A DNA stretch of 64,000 nucleotides. Source: Bacteroidota bacterium (GTDB lineage: Bacteria; Bacteroidota; Bacteroidia; Cytophagales; UBA9547). Under the pieces are notes generated by a model, which was not told where the DNA came from, did not search any database, and worked only from the letters and a program-made list of their open reading frames with translations. Positions 60,286 to 64,000 of the stretch are shown piece by piece. A program made the translations under genes and the position numbers. The stretch lies in assembly GCA_004293915.1 (NCBI GenBank), contig RDZG01000069.1:2626-66625 (forward strand). Reading direction: 5' to 3'. Each line of letters opens with the position of its first letter. The first letter of the stretch is position 1.

Positions 60286-61442
60286 TAGTATATCTCTCTT
60301 TTTTTCAATCTAAAATTCCGCACCCTATCCCAGCATATTCCTTTTGGGAATACTATATAAAAAATGGCATCAAAGAGGCTGGATATGAATGGGTAGAAGG
60401 CGCAGTAGATTGGGCAGAAGGATTAATGTACAGTTTTGATAAGGCAAAGCTAAATACTTGGAAAGCAGAAACCTGGACAAAAACTTTGGAAGATATAAAG
60501 GAAAAACATACGAAATCTCCAGTTTCTTTATTTCTAAGTTATCTATATCCACATCAGGTAGATGAACTAGCAATAAAAGAAATACAAAAATTAGGTATTC
60601 CTTGCGTAAATTTCTTCTGCGATAATGTGAGAGAGTTTACTAAAGCACCTAAAGAATTTAAACCTTTTGATCTGAATTGGGTGCCAGAATTCAAGGCACT
60701 AGAAATGTACAAAAAAGTAAATTATAACTTTATTCATTTACCTATGCCAATGTGGGTCGCTCCTCAATACCGTAAAATTTCGACTTTAGAAACAAATAAT
60801 GTTTCATTTATTGGGTCGAAAGATATACAAAGGTGGATGCTTTTTGAAAATTTAGCTAATAATCACAAATTTGAAATCCAAATAATGGGTTCTGGTTGGC
60901 AAGATAAATCTGAAAGTAAAGAATCAATAAAAATTCAAAACACTCGTTTACAAACTATCAAAAATCAATTTGATTTTATTACAAAATTTGGATTATCGGC
61001 TTATTCACGAAAATTACAACAAAGAAATATTTCGTTACAAAATTCAAATCAACTGCAGAAACTCATTCAACAGAAACCTGATTTTGAGAAATATATTCAA
61101 GTAACTAAAGAAAGTATGGTTACACTCGGAGTAAACAGATATCCAAGTTATTTGTATCCGTTGGAACAAGCCAGTACCTACTCCAGGTTACGTGACATTG
61201 AGGCTCCAATGTTAGGGGCATGTTACTTAACGGAATATACCGAAGGTTTAGAAAGTTTGTATGATATAGGAAATGAAATAGAAGTTTATAAAAATGGCAA
61301 TGAGTTGATAGAAAAGATCAAATACCTTGCTTCAAATTCTTCAAAAAGGAAAGACTTTAGAAGAAATGGACAGGCTAGGGCTTTAAAAAACCATGCTATT
61401 TTAAATTCACTTAAAGCTATTTTTGAAAAATTATGGAAATAA
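60282..61442 (+). CDS. CgeB-like glycosyltransferase
   Basis: NFFCD, FIGS, RLRDIEAPMLGACYLTE, EIEVY..EL.EKI.Y. Confidence 0.75.
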   Translation: MIVYLSFFQSKIPHPIPAYSFWEYYIKNGIKEAGYEWVEGAVDWAEGLMYSFDKAKLNTWKAETWTKTLEDIKEKHTKSPVSLFLSYLYPHQVDELAIKEIQKLGIPCVNFFCDNVREFTKAPKEFKPFDLNWVPEFKALEMYKKVNYNFIHLPMPMWVAPQYRKISTLETNNVSFIGSKDIQRWMLFENLANNHKFEIQIMGSGWQDKSESKESIKIQNTRLQTIKNQFDFITKFGLSAYSRKLQQRNISLQNSNQLQKLIQQKPDFEKYIQVTKESMVTLGVNRYPSYLYPLEQASTYSRLRDIEAPMLGACYLTEYTEGLESLYDIGNEIEVYKNGNELIEKIKYLASNSSKRKDFRRNGQARALKNHAILNSLKAIFEKLWK

Positions 61443-62398
61443 AGACTTCTGAAAAAATTTATTCTATTGAATATTTGAGAGGGATAGCTGCCATCATGGT
61501 TACATATTTTCATCTCACTGGAAGTTCTAATTTGTCTGAATCAATTAAAGTTAGTGGTAAGTACGGCTTTTTAGGTGTGGAAATTTTTTTTGTAATTAGC
61601 GGGTTCATCATTCCATATAGTCTTTACAGAAACAATTATTCGATAGGAAATTTTTTTTCTTTTATTGCTAAAAGGATAGTTAGGATCGACCCTCCATATA
61701 TTGCAATAATTGTTATAACCTTGGTATTGATGATTATCACTGGAAGATCTCTGCCCAAAGTAGCAGATATAGTATTTCATTTGGGATATTTAAACGGTCT
61801 TTTGGGATTTGAGTGGATATCACCAGTATTTTGGACTCTGGCATTAGAATTTCAATTCTATTTGATAATTGGCTTGTTATTTCAATTGCTTAACAATGAG
61901 TCACATTTATGGTTCTTAGTTGTCATTTTTTCATTGATATCACTCTCTTTTTTCACTTCTAAAAATACCATATTCCCGTATTTTTGTATGTTCTCTATCG
62001 GTCTAATTTTATTTAGAAAAAAAGTACATAATCTCTCCGACCTATATTTTTATCCCGTTTTTGTGTTATTGTTTATATTAATATTTTGGTTCAATGGTGT
62101 AGCCGAAGCATTAGCCTGCATATTTGCAGGGATTTTTATTTTGTTAAATAAAGAGATTAAAAATGGCAAAGCTAGAAGCTTGCTTTTATGGTTTGGGTCA
62201 ATCAGTTATTCTTTATATTTAACACATTGGGAACTAGGAAGGACTGTAATAGCTGTTTTCAGACATACTCCGATTTTGGGTGAAATCGAAATACTAAGAT
62301 TGTTATTTGGTTTTCTATTTTCAATCTTAACTGCCTGGCTTTTGAATAAATTTATCGAACAACCATTTATTTCAGTTTCAAAGAGAATTAAATATTAA
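61433..62398 (+). CDS. Acyltransferase family 3 (O-acyltransferase)
   Basis: YLRGIAA..V..FH, GVEIFFVISG, KRIVRI.P, WTLALEFQFY, GSISYSLYLTH. Confidence 0.92.
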   Translation: MEIKTSEKIYSIEYLRGIAAIMVTYFHLTGSSNLSESIKVSGKYGFLGVEIFFVISGFIIPYSLYRNNYSIGNFFSFIAKRIVRIDPPYIAIIVITLVLMIITGRSLPKVADIVFHLGYLNGLLGFEWISPVFWTLALEFQFYLIIGLLFQLLNNESHLWFLVVIFSLISLSFFTSKNTIFPYFCMFSIGLILFRKKVHNLSDLYFYPVFVLLFILIFWFNGVAEALACIFAGIFILLNKEIKNGKARSLLLWFGSISYSLYLTHWELGRTVIAVFRHTPILGEIEILRLLFGFLFSILTAWLLNKFIEQPFISVSKRIKY

Positions 62399-62399
62399 A

Positions 62400-63386
62400 G
62401 TGAAAGGTAGCTTGTACTTATATTTCATCACCCCCCCCGAAAGAGACCGTTGGATTTTTGGTGATAGATTTGTTCGATCATTTATTAGACGAATTATAAA
62501 AGGGAAACGAAGGCAAGGAGGGGTAGAAAAGGTATTTATTAATCTTTGTAAAGGTCTAAATCAAATAAAGCAGCCATATATAGTCAATTTACCATTTGTT
62601 CAACTACAGCCTAAAGATATTGTTTGCATTTTGGGTTCCGGTATTCATTGTTTAGATGGCTATAATAATCCAAACAAAATAGTAGCTGGCATTGGACTAA
62701 TGACTCACCCAAGCGAATGGCCTAATTTGTGCAACGAATATCCTGTGATGAAATACTTGCAGCATTCAGAATGGGCAAATAGTATCTACAAACCATTTTA
62801 TGGAGATAAATGTGAGATCTGGCCAGTTGGTATTGATACAGAGAAATGGTTGCCAAATTATAAAATTGAAAAAAAGTTGGACTTTATAATTTACAATAAA
62901 GTTCATTGGGAGTATGAAGCAAAAGAAAAAGAGTTGTTGCAACCAATAAGAAATCATTTACTTTCTAAAAATCTAAACTTCGTAGAGATAAAATATGGAT
63001 ATTATCATTCAAATGATTTCAAAAGATTATTGGATTGCTCAAAAGCAATGATATTCCTTAGCGAGCATGAAAGCCAAGGTATAGCATATCAAGAAGCTCT
63101 CTCAACCAATGTGCCGATTTTCGCTTGGGATCAGGGTAAACTATTGGATCCAAACTATAAAATCTGGGGAGATGAAAATAAGCCAACTAGTTCTGTTCCC
63201 TATTTTGATGAAAAATGTGGTCTTAGGTTCAGAGATTTATCTGAATTTGAATCAAAATTTGAGTTGTTTTTCTCGAAAGTGCAAAATCATGAGTTTAAAC
63301 CTAGAGAATATATTTTGGAAAATTTGACACTAGAAAAAAGTGCTTTAAGATTTTTGGAGATTGTAAAAAGTGTCGAGGATCAATGA
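62400..63386 (+). CDS. Putative glycosyltransferase (GT-B type)
   Basis: WPVGIDT, FLSEHESQGIAYQEALS, VPYF; C8 tract at 62431-62438. Confidence 0.7.
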   Translation: MKGSLYLYFITPPERDRWIFGDRFVRSFIRRIIKGKRRQGGVEKVFINLCKGLNQIKQPYIVNLPFVQLQPKDIVCILGSGIHCLDGYNNPNKIVAGIGLMTHPSEWPNLCNEYPVMKYLQHSEWANSIYKPFYGDKCEIWPVGIDTEKWLPNYKIEKKLDFIIYNKVHWEYEAKEKELLQPIRNHLLSKNLNFVEIKYGYYHSNDFKRLLDCSKAMIFLSEHESQGIAYQEALSTNVPIFAWDQGKLLDPNYKIWGDENKPTSSVPYFDEKCGLRFRDLSEFESKFELFFSKVQNHEFKPREYILENLTLEKSALRFLEIVKSVEDQ

Positions 63387-64000
63387 GAATTCTACTAATT
63401 ATGGATCCAGGCGTTCCTGTGCCGCCCAAGTTGTATGGTGGTCACGAACGTTTGGTATACATGTTTGCTGAGGAATATATTAAAATGGGACACGAAGTAA
63501 CAATACTTGCAGGTCCTGACTCTTATTGCTCTGGAAAAACGATTCATTTTGGACGAAATGGATTGCCTAAAACTAGATTTCAGACCCTTAGAGAAGTATT
63601 GTGGGCCATATTTTTTTTAGCATTCAATCATAAAAAATACGATTTGATTCACAATTTCGGTCGTTTAATATACTTGCTTCCCATCTTAAATAAAAGTGTA
63701 AAAAAGTTAATGACTTATGGAAGACCTGTAGCTTCAAAAAATATTAGCTTTATAAATAAATTGCCCAGTAGGAATCTAATTTTTACAGGCTGTAGTGACT
63801 ATCTAGTTTCTACGGGAAGTGTTGCTGGAGATTGGAGAACTGTGTATAATGCTATTGATTTTAGCAAATACCAACTCAAAGAAAGAGTAGAAGAAGATTC
63901 CCCATTGATATTTTTAGGGAGGTTAGATAGAATTAAGGGTTGTCATAATGCCATTGCATTTGCAAAGTATACTGGTAAAAAGCTTTGGATAGCTGGCAAT
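63383..64000 (+). CDS. Glycosyltransferase family 4, truncated by the window edge
   Basis: MRILLIMDPGVPVPPKLYGGHERLV..., VYNAID, FLGRLDRIKG; ATGA overlap with the previous gene. Confidence 0.85.
   Translation, partial: MRILLIMDPGVPVPPKLYGGHERLVYMFAEEYIKMGHEVTILAGPDSYCSGKTIHFGRNGLPKTRFQTLREVLWAIFFLAFNHKKYDLIHNFGRLIYLLPILNKSVKKLMTYGRPVASKNISFINKLPSRNLIFTGCSDYLVSTGSVAGDWRTVYNAIDFSKYQLKERVEEDSPLIFLGRLDRIKGCHNAIAFAKYTGKKLWIAGN

Noticed and set aside
1175-63327. Many 60-140-aa ORFs in the track that overlap long genes (e.g. 3277, 13367, 17994, 26475, 34152, 36917, 44155, 53483, 63109)
   Set aside because: Antisense or alternate-frame shadows of well-supported genes, with no recognisable motifs
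1-64000. CRISPR array or cas genes
   Set aside because: No regularly spaced 25-45-bp repeat series and no cas-like ORFs were seen

Overview
AT-rich chromosomal segment from a Bacteroidota, probably Cytophagales: it has a T9SS type-B C-terminal domain protein, TAnnTTTG -7 promoters and a UpxY antiterminator. The left end (1-1757) is the boundary of an element integrated at the 3' end of tRNA-Pro(TGG), with a tyrosine integrase and repeated arm-type sites. The region 2-45 kb is mostly housekeeping (UvrD-type helicase-nuclease, rplS, smpB, topA, metK, leuCD, ccmF, hemB, ilvE). It also carries single-gene insertions (Rpn, YhcG, a PBECR-like nuclease between ~120-bp direct repeats), a decarboxylase/ATP-grasp operon and a SiaABCD-like signalling operon that lacks a diguanylate cyclase. 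From 45.3 kb to the end lies a UpxY-led, Wzm/Wzt-type surface-polysaccharide locus. Its 5' part is interleaved with six predicted toxin-antitoxin pairs and a Uma2 gene, including two diverged copies of the same four-gene block (MNT, HEPN, small FW-motif protein, AbiEii). Several genes show short internal deletions or nonsense codons, which may be real or assembly artefacts. All family calls come from motif recognition by eye; no database searches were run.
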